64,000 nt of DNA from Chrysomallon squamiferum. Lineage: Eukaryota > Animalia > Mollusca. The notes under the pieces are model-generated. The model made no database searches, had not been told where the DNA came from, and saw nothing but the letters and a program-made list of their open reading frames with translations. The position numbers were made by a program, and so were the translations under genes. Location: positions 868,001 through 932,000 of the forward strand of contig CM022676.1 of assembly GCA_012295275.1 (NCBI GenBank). The letters are read 5' to 3'. Shown in pieces: positions 1 to 13,400 of the stretch (position 1 is the stretch's first letter; every line of letters begins with the position of its first letter).

Positions 1-145
1 AATATATGACTTCAGTAAGCACTAAATGTTTTATAAAACCAGTGATATACCATATTAAAGTTTACGTAACTCACCACACTTGTGTGACTTCAGTAAGCAA
101 TGTGTATTTTACAGAACCAGTGATATACCATGTAACTCACCACAG
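1..145. repeat. Short tandem duplication (~66-77 bp) containing a copy of the SORL1 exon-21 donor
   Basis: tgacttcagtaagc...accagtgatatacca...gtaactcaccaca occurs twice. The second copy overlaps the real donor at 140/141. Confidence 0.75.
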
Positions 146-3100
146 TTGCGTTCATCATCCCCTTCAGGGCAGTCAAGATCACTGTCACATCGCCAGCGCA
201 TTGGAATACAACTACCTTCACTGCATGTCATCTGGTCAGGGGGACACGTGGTGTATGCTACATATCAATTAAGAAATAATGACAACGTTGAAACTGCCAT
301 GGTGAAAACAAGTAATTTCAAATGTACAATAATGAAAAAATTATAAAATGCAAATGACATGAAAAAGTTAGTAAGATTAACTGAAATGTTGTAAGGAGAT
401 CTTATTTTATTTATCAAATCAATTAGTGAGACAAAAATCATAAAATTTGAACATTGACAAAAACAAAGTATCCATAAGTACTATAGAACAAACTAGCCTT
501 GAAAAAGAAAAGTTTTGACAAAAAAGTACTTTACACCTTTCTAATACATGTGTAACTTACGACAATCCATTTCATCACTATGGTCAGGACAGTCATTGTC
601 ACGGTCACACTGCCATGGAAACGGGATGCAGTGAAGGTGGTCAGCACACATAAATTGATCTTCAGAACATTTAGTACCTGAAACATTAAAATTACTCTGT
701 TCTTTACAAGTAACAAAAAAACTAGGATCTTGCAAACAAACTTTTAATTTTGTCTTTCACTTATTTTGTACTACACTGAAACACTTGCTGTTTTGTACAA
801 CTGAAATACTTGCTGTTTTGAACAAGACTGAAATATTTAGTTTTGTACAACATTGAAACACGAGATAGCAACACTTACTTTTAAGTATGAGATACAAACA
901 CTTGTTGTTTTAGTATCAGATTGAAAATTTAAAGTTTTGTACATGATAAAAACATTTACTGTTTTGTACAAGATTGAGACACTTACTGTTTTGAACAAGT
1001 CTGAGACACTTACTGTTTTGAACAAGACTGAGATACTTAGTGTTTTGTACAAGATTGAGACACTTACTATTCTGTACAAGACTGAGACACTTACTGTTCT
1101 GTACAAGATTGAGACATTTACTGTTTTGTACAAGACTGAGACACTGTTCTGTACAAGATTGAGACACTTACTGTTCTGTACAAGATTGAGATACTTACTG
1201 TTTTGTACAAGATTGAGACACTTACTATTCTGTACAAGACTGAGACACTTACTGTTCTGTACAAGACTGAGACACTTACTGTTCTGTACAAGATTGAGAC
1301 ATTTACTGTTTTGTACAAGACTGAGACACTGTTCTGTACAAGATTGAGACACTTACTGTTCTGTACAAGATTGAGATACTTACTGTTTTGTACAAGACTG
1401 AGACACTGTTCTGTACAAGATTGAGACACTTACTGTTCTGTACAAGATTGAGATACTTACTGTTTTGTACAAGAATGCAATTTCCATTTTTATCCATTTT
1501 CTCATTGAAACTGTTACAGCGACACTGTTCATCACCCGATGACAGCTGTACATGCATGGGCACATTGTCAGCACATTTACATGTTCTGTTCGGCCGACCG
1601 TGACCAGACTGTGGAGGTTTGGGTAGACACAGCTGAGTGCAAGGATGGTTGCCACGGCTACATGCACTGCTCACTAAAATGTATTAACATCAATCCAAAT
1701 ACAGTCTAAGATTAATTAATGCTCTGCTAAAGCTGCAGATGGAGAAAGCCACATATATCCATACCATGCTGTTTTGTACGATAGAAACACTTACTGTTTT
1801 GTATAACATAGAAATATTTACTTTTATGTACAAGATAGAAACATTTACTGTTTTGTATGAGATAGAAACACTTACTTTTTTGAATATTTGCAAACAATAT
1901 TCACTTAGTCTACAATTATATAATTAAAACAAAAAATGTGTATATATTTTAACTAATTATGCTGCTGTGATAAGTAAATACTCTGCTGTGATATTTTAAC
2001 TAAGTACACTGCTGTGATATTTTAAATACTCTGCTGTGATATTTTAACTAAGTACACTGCTGTGATATTTTAACTAAGTACACTGCTGTGATATTTTAAC
2101 TAAGTACACTGCTGTGATATTTTAAATACTCTGCTGTGATATTTTAAATACTCTGCTGTGATATTTTAAATACTCTGCTGTGATATTTTAACTGTGTATG
2201 CTGCTGTGATATTTTAACTAAATACTCTGCTGTGATATTTTAACTAAATACTCTGCTGTGATATTTTAAGTACTCTGCTGTGATATTTTAGCTGTGTATG
2301 CTGCTGTGATATTTTAACTAAATACTCTGCTGTGATATTTTAACTGTGTATGCTGCTGTGATATTTTAACTAAGTACACTGCTGTGATATTTTAACTAAG
2401 TACTCTGCTGTGATATTTTAACTGTGTATGCTGCTGTGATATTTTAGCTAATTACCTTGCTGTGATATTTTAACTAATTACCTTGCTGTGCTGTTCTTGA
2501 GACAATCTTCAAATCAGTAACACCAATCTGCTGAGACAGAACTGGATGTATGGCTTCTCCGTTGCTTTTGTCTGCCATCATTACAGCATTCTTACCAGAG
2601 TCAGTCCAGTAAATAAAGGACTGAAAAGAAAAATGTTATCTCAGTAGTTATATAGTGCATGATTGAAAAAATAAAAAACACAAACAAATTCTTTACATAT
2701 TTAGATGGAATATCAGATTTGATAAACAAATGAAATGAAACAAAATTCATATTTTTTGTACAAACAAATTTAAATGAAAAGAATATTAAGAATACTGTTG
2801 AATTGACAAGAAAAAAAAAAAAAAAACAGTATGAATATTATATGAGTAAAATTTGTACAATTATAAAGAGATGTGGCTGACAGGCATGTGTTTATATTAA
2901 TTGTAATTCTGACAATTACTCTCAAAAGTGTGACTTAATTGTTCTGATGTATCATTTCTGAAAAATTATTTAAATAAAGGTGATTTCATTAGTTGCTTAT
3001 TGGTAAAGATAAAACTTTTTTTTCCAGTTTGATATGTTTAACAAAATGCTGTCACTTCAAACAGACACTGACATCAACTGAGTTGATGTTCTACTATGCT

Positions 3101-4406
3101 TTGTGTAAACAATTTGGTGTTCATTTATGTCTGACTGGATCTATACAAAACACAGCAGTATTACATCTAATTCACAGGATTAATTTTCACCAATTATAGA
3201 AATTTAATCAAAGGTTAAGTCATATGGATTTTTCAAAAACAAAATAATAAATTAAATTTACGAAAAGATTGTAAGATTAATCAGGCTGCCTTAAAATGAA
3301 TGAAGATGAGAAACCTGTATGTGATTAACTAGAGAGCTTTATGTATGTACCTTATATATTCCAATAGAAAATGGGTGAGGTAGATTGTACACTCCAGACA
3401 CCAGAACAATCCTGTTTTTCCCATTCATGTCTGATGACATTATCCTGTGCAGTCCAGCGTCTGTCCAGTACAGGCGTTCAGCAACGAGGTCAATGGCCAG
3501 GCCATTAGGCACCTGAACCACAGAACTGTTTATCACTGTCTCAACAGTGCTGCTGCCGTCCATCCACGCACGGGCAATGCGGGGTGTGGTGGCAGACCAG
3601 TCTGTCCAGTACATGTACCTAAAATAAATAAATAAGTAAAATAATTAATCTAAAAATAAGAGTAAATATATATAAAAAAATATATATATATATTAACAAA
3701 TAAATATCAATGAAAAACAATTTGAAACATTTTCTAAAAATATTGATTATGATTTTTTGCCAATTACTTCAAGATACTCAGAATCTGAATGGTTGAAGAA
3801 ATGAATTACTCAAAAACATATATTCTTATCCAAGCTAATTTCTTCACAGGCACATAAATTAAATTAATATCTTAATCAAAATCCATTTCTTACCCATGAA
3901 GTGGATCCAAAACAAGAGATCGTGGACGGTCCAGTTTGTCTGTCCCATTATAAAGAATCCTTCTGAATGTTCCATCTTTACGAGCTACTTCAATTTTATG
4001 AGAGGAAGCGTCAATCCAGAAGATGTTTCCACCTGTCCACTCATAAGCCAGACCTTCAATAGTGGCCATGTTGAAACTGAGGATTGTCTCCCTTTCAGTT
4101 CTGTTTCCACTAAGACACTGCCGCTAAAACAGAAAACAATTTGTGTCATTTAGCAACAATACACTTCCGCACAAGTAAACTTGGAGATTTCTGTGCTTAC
4201 ATTCATTTCAAAAACAAGTACAACATAATGCAAAAGATAGTATCACCAAAACTATTTAAAATAAAATTAAAATAAGAAGAGCAAAGACACTTCAGGTGGG
4301 ACACTAAATATTACATAATTAACACAAACAAAATGATACATCTTGCCCCAGCTGTTTAAACCAGAAATAGAATTCATGTCTGATGGAGAATTTAAACCAG
4401 ATTTGA

Positions 4407-4448
<42 letters not shown>

Positions 4449-7400
4449 TGTGTCTGTGTCTATGTCTATATGTAACTGTTATATATAGTATTGATGATAT
4501 GTCATACAAACCTTGATCACATCCTCCTGTATATCTGCCCAGTATACACAGTTGTCCTTATAATCAAAGTCAATGTACTTGGCAGCAGTGAGTCCTCTCA
4601 CAAGGACCTCATGGTGGTTGTTGTTGAGGTCAATTCTTGAGATTGTTGTTCTTGTTGAATACAGAATAAACTCTTGTTTCTCTGAAAATGTTATCTGTTT
4701 CTATGACTGAATTCTAAAGTGACATTTTGATTATTTTCTGCACAGAGAATAGCATAAATGGCCAAGTGAATGTATCTGGGCTTAAATTCACATATTTAAA
4801 TAAATATTTAACTCCAATCCATCACTGTGTTTCTAGGATTAACATAATATGTTGGCTCACTCAGCTACACAAAGAGAACAGTCTATAACTTACAGAGTAC
4901 CTATGTTGACTATTTCAGGAAAATAATAAGACATGTATATACCAAACAAGAACTACATGTCCCTATACTGACCTGTGACTGGACAGGAATACTTGAGAGG
5001 CATGTACTTGTACTCCACTCCACCCTGACATGTGTCTCCAGCAACCTTACGATACCTGTAGTAAAAGGAAACTGTTTTTACACTAACAGTTATTTATCAT
5101 AAAAGATCATCTCTAATTTCTGTCAACTTTTCTTGTGCTAGCAAATAACTACACAATAATATATGTGTGTGTTTTACACATTATATTTTAGTTAACCATA
5201 ATCTATTTTTCATTTTCCAAACATATATATCTGAAAGCTAACACCGCCTCTACTTAGTTTTACTGCCTGCTTTACTAAATTTACAGATATAACTGTTGTG
5301 GCATAATCAGTATCTAAATGGTTTGAATGTGTATTTAAATCTTACCCTCGTGTGTATGGGTAAAATGATCCTGGAGGGCAGTGTGCTGGCAACTGGTGGA
5401 TCACGGTGAGGTTACTCTGTGGGTCTTGTATACACCGACGATAACCCGGATCCAGCATGAACCCAAAATCACTATAATCATAAATTACAAATAAAACACT
5501 GTAATCGTAAATTATAAATAAATCACTGTATTCATAAATTATGGATGTAAATGACTATAATCACAAATAAACTAGAAGTAAATCTCTAGAAACATAAATA
5601 AACTGGAAGTAAATCATTAGAAACATAAATAAACTGGAAGTAAATCACTAGAAACATAAATAAACTAGAAGTAAATCATTAGAAACATAAATAAACTAGA
5701 AGTAAATCATTAGAAACATAAATAAACTGGAAGTAAATCATTAGAAACATAAATAAACTGGAAGAAAATCATTAGAAACATAAATAAACTAGAAGTAAAT
5801 CATTAGAAACATAAATAAACTAGAAGTAAATCACTAGAAACATAAATAAACTAGAAGTAAATCACTAGAAACATAAATAAACTAGAAGTAAATAACTAGA
5901 AATATAGTCATAAATTAATTTTTTGTCAGAAATAAATCCTTGCGAATTTAACTTTAAATATACTAATATGGATTAATGTCAGCCAAAATAGCTGATTTAT
6001 AATTACAAAGTAACATAGATTCTGAAAATAAAAAAATTAAAAAAAAGAAACAACCTTTCTTTTCTAAACCTTGATTCTAGATTAAAAATATCAGATTCAC
6101 AATTTTGTTAAAAAAGTCAACAAAAATAATCAAATAAACTGTCACCATTCAAAATCCTGTCTTGTACATGAACAGTTCTCTTTGCGAATTACTCTCATGT
6201 AATCTCTGCCATTATAACAAACAGCATCAGCAATTTTTCTTTCATACACCACTCTCCTGCCAAGCAGACATCCGTGTATGTAAGTCTTTGGCAATGTCCA
6301 GTTCCTATAGTCTTCACGTACACATTTCTTAGCTGAAATAATTTAACAACAGAATGCATCAACAAAACTATGTAACATTTTTTTTTCTTTTATTTATTTA
6401 AGTATCATTAAAAACAAAAAAATAACTACAGGTTTTATGTAAATATAGTTTTAAATTATCTGTGTTACTGCAGCAGTCATGCAATGTCTATTTTGTTAAC
6501 AGAGTAATATTTTTTAATAAAAAGAACTCAGTTGAGGAGTTGTAAATTTACCTGGTCTCAGATCAATCTGAGTTAAAATCCAGCTGTGTGGTCCTAAGTG
6601 AGATCCAAATATAGAGAAAATGCTAGTTGTCTCGCCTGGTTCAGTCAGGACACCATAGACTCTAATTTTTGTCTTAGAAAATGTGACATTCCTCCAGGAT
6701 CTTCCCTCATCGTTTGAAACACTGGAAATAAATCAGCATGTATATATTATTAACACTACTACTGAAAAACGTATGCAGTCTGCTGTTTAAAAAATGTTGG
6801 TGTCACCACCTAAACTTTCTCTAAACTTTTCATCTTAAAACACATTAAATTAGAATATTTACTTACAAAATGGTGTCTGTCGCTGCAAACTGTTTGACTG
6901 CAACAATGATGCCACCGTGGTCAGCAAATGTGTACAGGTAGTTTCCTTGCAGGACCTGCACCATAATAATTTAACAAAACAGTAACAAGGTAAACAGAAA
7001 ATTTAACAACCTATTTCATTATCTCAGTGCAACAGTCACACCCAACAATAACAATCACTCTGAAGGACAAAAGATTTAGTAAAAATATATACTTCATTCA
7101 GAAACTATAAACTATCCATTATGTTATAACATGAAACATTTTATTTCCAATTTAAAAAAAAATTAAAATTCTTGATAGTATAGAAAGGTTTTCCTACAAA
7201 AGTGAACTGTTAAGAAATGTGGTACAGCTTGTCACTTTTAAAGTCACCTGGTGCCAGGAAATGCCAGCATCTGCAGAGACAAACACATCTGGGTTTGTTT
7301 TCATGTTTCTGCCTATAACACCTGATGCAAGGATGATTCCAGGAGCAGACTTGCGAGAGAGGATGGGCACTGCCCTGCTGCCAGGGTAGAACTGGTGAAG

Positions 7401-10400
7401 CAGCTGGGTGAGGTGCAGGGAACAGTTATCTAGCTGTAAGAAGAAACAGAGTTATTTTTTTTATAAGCTGTAAACTGTTTCAACAGAGAACAAAACTAGA
7501 ATGGGTTTTGGAGTGAAAATGTGTTTTTGTTCTGTCTTTGTATTAACATACATTAAAAAACAGCTTTAAAAAATTCCAGTCGAAACTATATTTCAAAAAG
7601 AAAAAGTTTTTAAAACATATACCAACCATTAAACCTGAAATATAAACATAATAAAAATAACACAGAGATGCAAACAAGAAGAAATGAAACTGAAATTTTC
7701 TATGTACTAAAGCAGAAACTGAAGTTAAAAAAAAATAAAAAATCAACTTCAAGATCCACACAAACATGTATCCCACACCCTGATGCATGCTGACAAAATA
7801 CAAACCTTTGAAATATTCATATTCTATCTCTATTATCTGATTGCTTGAATATTCAGATGAGCATGGCTTGATTAATACAAACTTGATGCATTGTAATCAA
7901 CATATAATCAGTACAGAGATAAATTGACATACAATCACATAGGGTTCAGTGTGAGTAAATTCTATTACAACCTGGGTCAGCAAAAACCATCATATCTCTA
8001 AAGTATAGCTGCACATCTTCTTTTATTACAGAGATAATAGTTCTCAAGAACTGTTCTTTTGATCAATGTAAAATCCAATATTACTAATAATATAAAATTA
8101 ATTTCATATTAAAGAATATAATTACCATTTTAATAGTATGTTGATAATAAGTAAATAAAAAAATAAATTATCATGCAAGCACTCACATGCTGCAACAAAT
8201 AAAATAATATTAAAAAAAATTATATTTTTGTTGTTGTTGTTATTGTGGGGAAAATAACTTCTGAAATTCATTTACAATTTTTTGTCACATCATCATCATC
8301 ATTATTATTATTATTAACTTATCAGCAATTAATTTCTTTAGCTAGCAAATATAACTTAGATCAATTTGATTTTTATTTCATTTTTGATGTTTTATTATAG
8401 CACAGAGAATGTAGAGAAATTTTCAGTGTAAAAGATAAAAGAAAAGCAAATTAATAATTATTATACAGAAAAGTTAAAATATTTTTTCATTTTATATACA
8501 CATCCAGAAACAACACACATACATACCCAAAAATATAAATATATGCATGCATACATATACACACACAAATCAAAAAAACAACTTAAATGCACATTACTTT
8601 TAATCCTTAAATAAAAACAACTAAAGCATTCAAAAAAAAAAAAAAAAAAAAAAATTAAAAAGAAATGTCTTATTCACCCTAAGGGCAAAACCACACCAAT
8701 GTACATAAAACAAATATCAAAATATATATATATATATATACACAAAACAATAAATAATAACAAACAAAACAACAAAAGCACATGCACATTAAATTCTGTG
8801 TAGACTTTGAGTCTGATCTGAAATTTCTCTACTCTACAACATGCTGAGAAGCTACTTTTTTGTACATTTTTTTTTTCTCTTTGCACATCCAAAACACGAG
8901 TTACCTTATCTTTTGACCAATGCGTGATCTTTTCCTAAAGAAAACAAAATTAAAACAAAAAATGCTAATATTAGTAAACAATATTTTTAAAAAAAGAACA
9001 TCTAATAAATCAGAATTATTGTCAGATATATTAACAAATTAAGTTTATAATGTCTGCTAAATTACAACGATGTGATGGATGCTGTATAGTTAAAACCATG
9101 TTTTCCTTTAAAAATCTTAATAAATCAGCATTGTATGGTAATGTTTGTAAACTGATCAGAAACAAAACATTTTTTACTGGATATCATAATGAAACTTAAT
9201 TAATTCCAATTTAAACTTTTTATTAAACATTTTATTAATATACTTGTGCATCTTTTTAATTTTTAAGTTTTGTCACATTCTGTTAATAAATCAACTTTAA
9301 AGAAATACTGATGTAAATAGCAAGTAAATAAAAATCAAGACTTTCTCATACAGATCATCTTGGATCACTGGTTCTAAATAAAATGTCTCTGTGTTATAAT
9401 CTTTTTGTTATACTTAATTATTTTTTATGTTTTTTATTTTATTTTACTACATTTTTTTGTTAGTTGTTAAACTAACACAGTTGAGATTCTGTTTTCTGTA
9501 ATAACACTGTAGATATGAATTGCAGATACTAAAGAAAATTTAACTACAAGACATATTGTTGTGAGTGTTACAAAATATCCCAAAAGAATAAAATTATTAA
9601 AATTATTTTATACTAATTATTTTATTATATACTTTTTATTAGAAGATAAAAGCAAGATGTTTCACTACTATAACATTAATAGCACTATGTAACAAACAAT
9701 ACTATGTAAGTTTTGTGTAACATTGACAGTGATGAGTAACACTGACAGTAATGTGTAACACTAACATTGATGAGTTACACTAACAATAACATGTAGATAA
9801 TAAAGACGGTTTAACTACAAGACATAGTAACAATTGCCATTAGTGTTTCAAAATATCCCAAAAGAATAAAATTAGCTTACACTAACAATAATAAAAAAAA
9901 AACTATACTTTTTGTTACAAGATGTTTCACTACTATAACACTAATAGTATTATGTAACACAAATAATACTATGTAATGCCAACAGTTTTGTGTAATACTG
10001 ACAGTGACGAGTAACACTGACAGTGATGTGTAACACTGACAGTGATATCTAATGCTAACTAATGTGTAACAAATGTGTAACAATGAGTAACACTAACAGT
10101 GATGAGTAACACTGATGAATAACACTGACAGTGATGAGTAACACTGACAGTGATGAGTAACACTGACAATGAGTAACATTAAGTTGTGTAACAGTAACAG
10201 TTCTGTGTAACACTAACAGATATGTATAACACTAACATTCCTGTGTAATGATCACAGAGACACGTAACACTAGTGATGAATAACACTAACAATAACATGT
10301 GTCACTAACAGTTCTGTGTAACATTGATCTAACAATAATTGTAAAAACAACAGCAATATTTAACAATATGTGTAACAAACATGTTTTCCTTTAAAATGAA

Positions 10401-13400
10401 AGAATTAGTATTTATATTTCTATCAAAATTTGCAAACATATATTTTTATTCCCCAAAAAGCTCTGCAGCAAGTTAGAAGTGAAACAGAAAAAGATGTATT
10501 GAACAGGTGAGGTAAAAAGATTATTACCACTGAGCAGTTAGTGGCGTGTCCAGATACATCATAATCAGGTGCTCTCAGCAGTCTCCATTCCCCTCCCTTG
10601 TCAAACGTGATCAGACTCCTCTGCTTGTTTACATCAAAAGTGTTGTTTATCACCTGCGATGCAATATAGATTCCTCTCATACCATCCACTTTGTGTATAT
10701 CTGCAAATGTCACATTGGCATAGTACCTGTTTCAAAACATAGTAAAAATCATTACTGATTCAATATTGTAAAAGGATTCTTTTTTTTGATTGACAAAAAC
10801 CATTAAACTAATGGGGAGTTTTGGGAATGGTTGATTTATTTTTCTATTATACTGAGATATGTTAGTCAGACAATTCTCATAAAAAAAGCAATGGTAGAAG
10901 ACAAATGACAAAGAGAGTTCTACCTGAGCCAGGTGTCATTGTTGGCTCCCTTTGGATTGAAATAAACGACTCGCTCCAGCGACAGTGAGAACTTGAGTCC
11001 CTGCACCTCAGACACGTACAGGTGAGTTACTGTGCGGTTGTGGTTGACACAGACCATAACCTGAGATTCTGATGCATCAGCAATGTAAAACTCCTGAAAT
11101 AATCATACAAATTACATCTTTATACACCCAGAATGTAACCAGACAGAACACATTTCATACATTACTCTTTTCATTTCCTAGCTGTTCTAATATCAATGAC
11201 TAAACAAACTTGCATAACCTTTCGAACCAATCACTGTTCAGAAGGTCCAACTCCTAAGTGTGGTTAGTTATTACTATAAACAGACATAATAATAATTATG
11301 TAAATTAGTAATAAGTTGTTTTAGGGTGTTACTAGATGAATAAGGTATAATGTGGAATTTCCCAATATTACCACAGTAGTGAGTCTGTCTTATCACTTTC
11401 TCTTTCACAGCATAACTTGTATATCTCAACATGAGATGTTAATTACACATAGTTTTAGAACAAAATAAATCTTGGACAAGATTCACCTCTTCATGCATAT
11501 GGACAGGAAATTCTGCTTTTCTGAAGTCACCTCTGTTATAGGATACCCATAACTGAGTGGCAGGAAGCCGGGCTCCAAGTAAACGCTGTAGTCAAAAAAA
11601 CAAAATAAATATTATTTTAGTCATTTCATAGATAATAACTAATTAATGCAAAATTGTCTGTAATTAAACCTCAGTATTTCCTAAAGATTTTAATTTTAAA
11701 AAAAATAAAAATAAAAATAGAAGTTTAGTAATTTTATATTTAGAGATGTAGCTGTGGATACAGTTTCTTTTTCTTATTAATTTAAGTTACATACTCTTGC
11801 ACACACATATATTCCTGAAAATTATGGAACACATGTTATATAAGGTTAGTAAGAAAAATACTCCACTGTATCTTTCAAACATTCTTTTTGTATGTATGTG
11901 TGTGTGTCTGTGTGTGTGTGTGTGTGTGTGTGCAAGCACGCAGGTTTGTACATGTATATATGTATATATATATATATATGCATTTGAAATATCTTTATAT
12001 ATATATATGTATAAAGATATTTCAAATGAATAAAAATACTCACTACATGTTTTGTGGCAAACAGATACTGATCTCTGACCTGGAAATCTCTTACACCTGA
12101 AATAAGCAGTTGTGACGTTTGGAAATAATCTGTGCTTTTCAAAACATTGTTCCCATCAGAACCGCGGATTTCTTCCACATAGATGTCAGTGTTGTTGTCA
12201 TAAGGCAATACTCCCCTGTAAATAAAACAATGTAAAAAAGAAAGTCTGAATTCTTGTTAATTCGGATTAAGATGGTTTATAAGATTTTATTAACAGCTCT
12301 ACCACAGCTCAGAATGTTCGATGTCAAACTTGTTACAAGCAAAAAATTAAAAGGATGACAAAAACAAAAGGAAATAAAAACGCCTATAACTGTAGTATTA
12401 GGATGATAGTCTTTACTGGAAGCATTAGCAATTAAAGAAAAAGCTGTTGATAGCAAGGTAACAAAATAACTGTAACAAATATCAGAAAAAGAAAACAACT
12501 TTTTTCTTTCTGTGTTTGTGCCAAGTAAGAATTCAACAACAAAACAAAAAGAACACTGTTTAACAAGGACATCAAACCAAAAGGTTGCAGAGACAAATAC
12601 AAGAGAAGTTTGAATTATTCTGCCAGAGACAAAATGTATTAAGACAGCAGCTTACATACCAGTAAAAGGCTTTTATGTGATCATGAATTTCTCGCCATGA
12701 AAATCCAAAATTTTCAGATATAAACAGCTGGAAGAAGAAATAAAAACAGATTTTCACAAAAATTTATGTTACAGTTTACTGAAAATGAATTATTTATCAA
12801 GGTTAAGTTTTTCTGACTATCACATAAGACTAAATAAAAATATATCACTTTTATCATCCACAGAAGACAGCAATTAAAAACAAGACAAAAAATAATATAA
12901 TGCTTTATTTTATTATTATTATATACTAAATAAATATTGTTTTGTCTGTTGATATGGTGACACAGTATTATGTTTTCTATGACAAAAAGATATCACACAG
13001 CATGTCTGACTATTTGTAACATTTTCATAACATCTATTTTCATATAAAATTTATTTTTCACATTTTAATTTACATTTTAAAATTCAAAACTAATTTCCTT
13101 TAAGAAGTTTACTTAACAGTTTCAAACAGAAAATATTTCTCAACAACTATGTTTCACAATATTAATCTAAAACAAATTGTGGGATTTTGACACTAACGTG
13201 TCTGTGTATTGTTAATTAGTGTTTACCTTTTTTGTGTCACTCTCCTCATCCATGATGAGGATGATGCTGGGGTTAGTTTCATGTATGGACACAGTTCTCG
13301 GTTTAAACTGCAGGTGACAGTAGCGTGTCACTGTCAACGCATAGTCTCTCGTTGTGAAGATACACTTGTTGATGATGTCAGTGAACACATACTGCAAACA

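Noticed and set aside
780-2490. CRISPR-like arrays or repeat-protein ORFs ([18 protein letters not shown] repeats)
   Set aside because: These are head-to-tail minisatellites with no unique spacers, inside eukaryotic introns, with no cas genes. The ORFs arise from a stop-free 27-bp unit.
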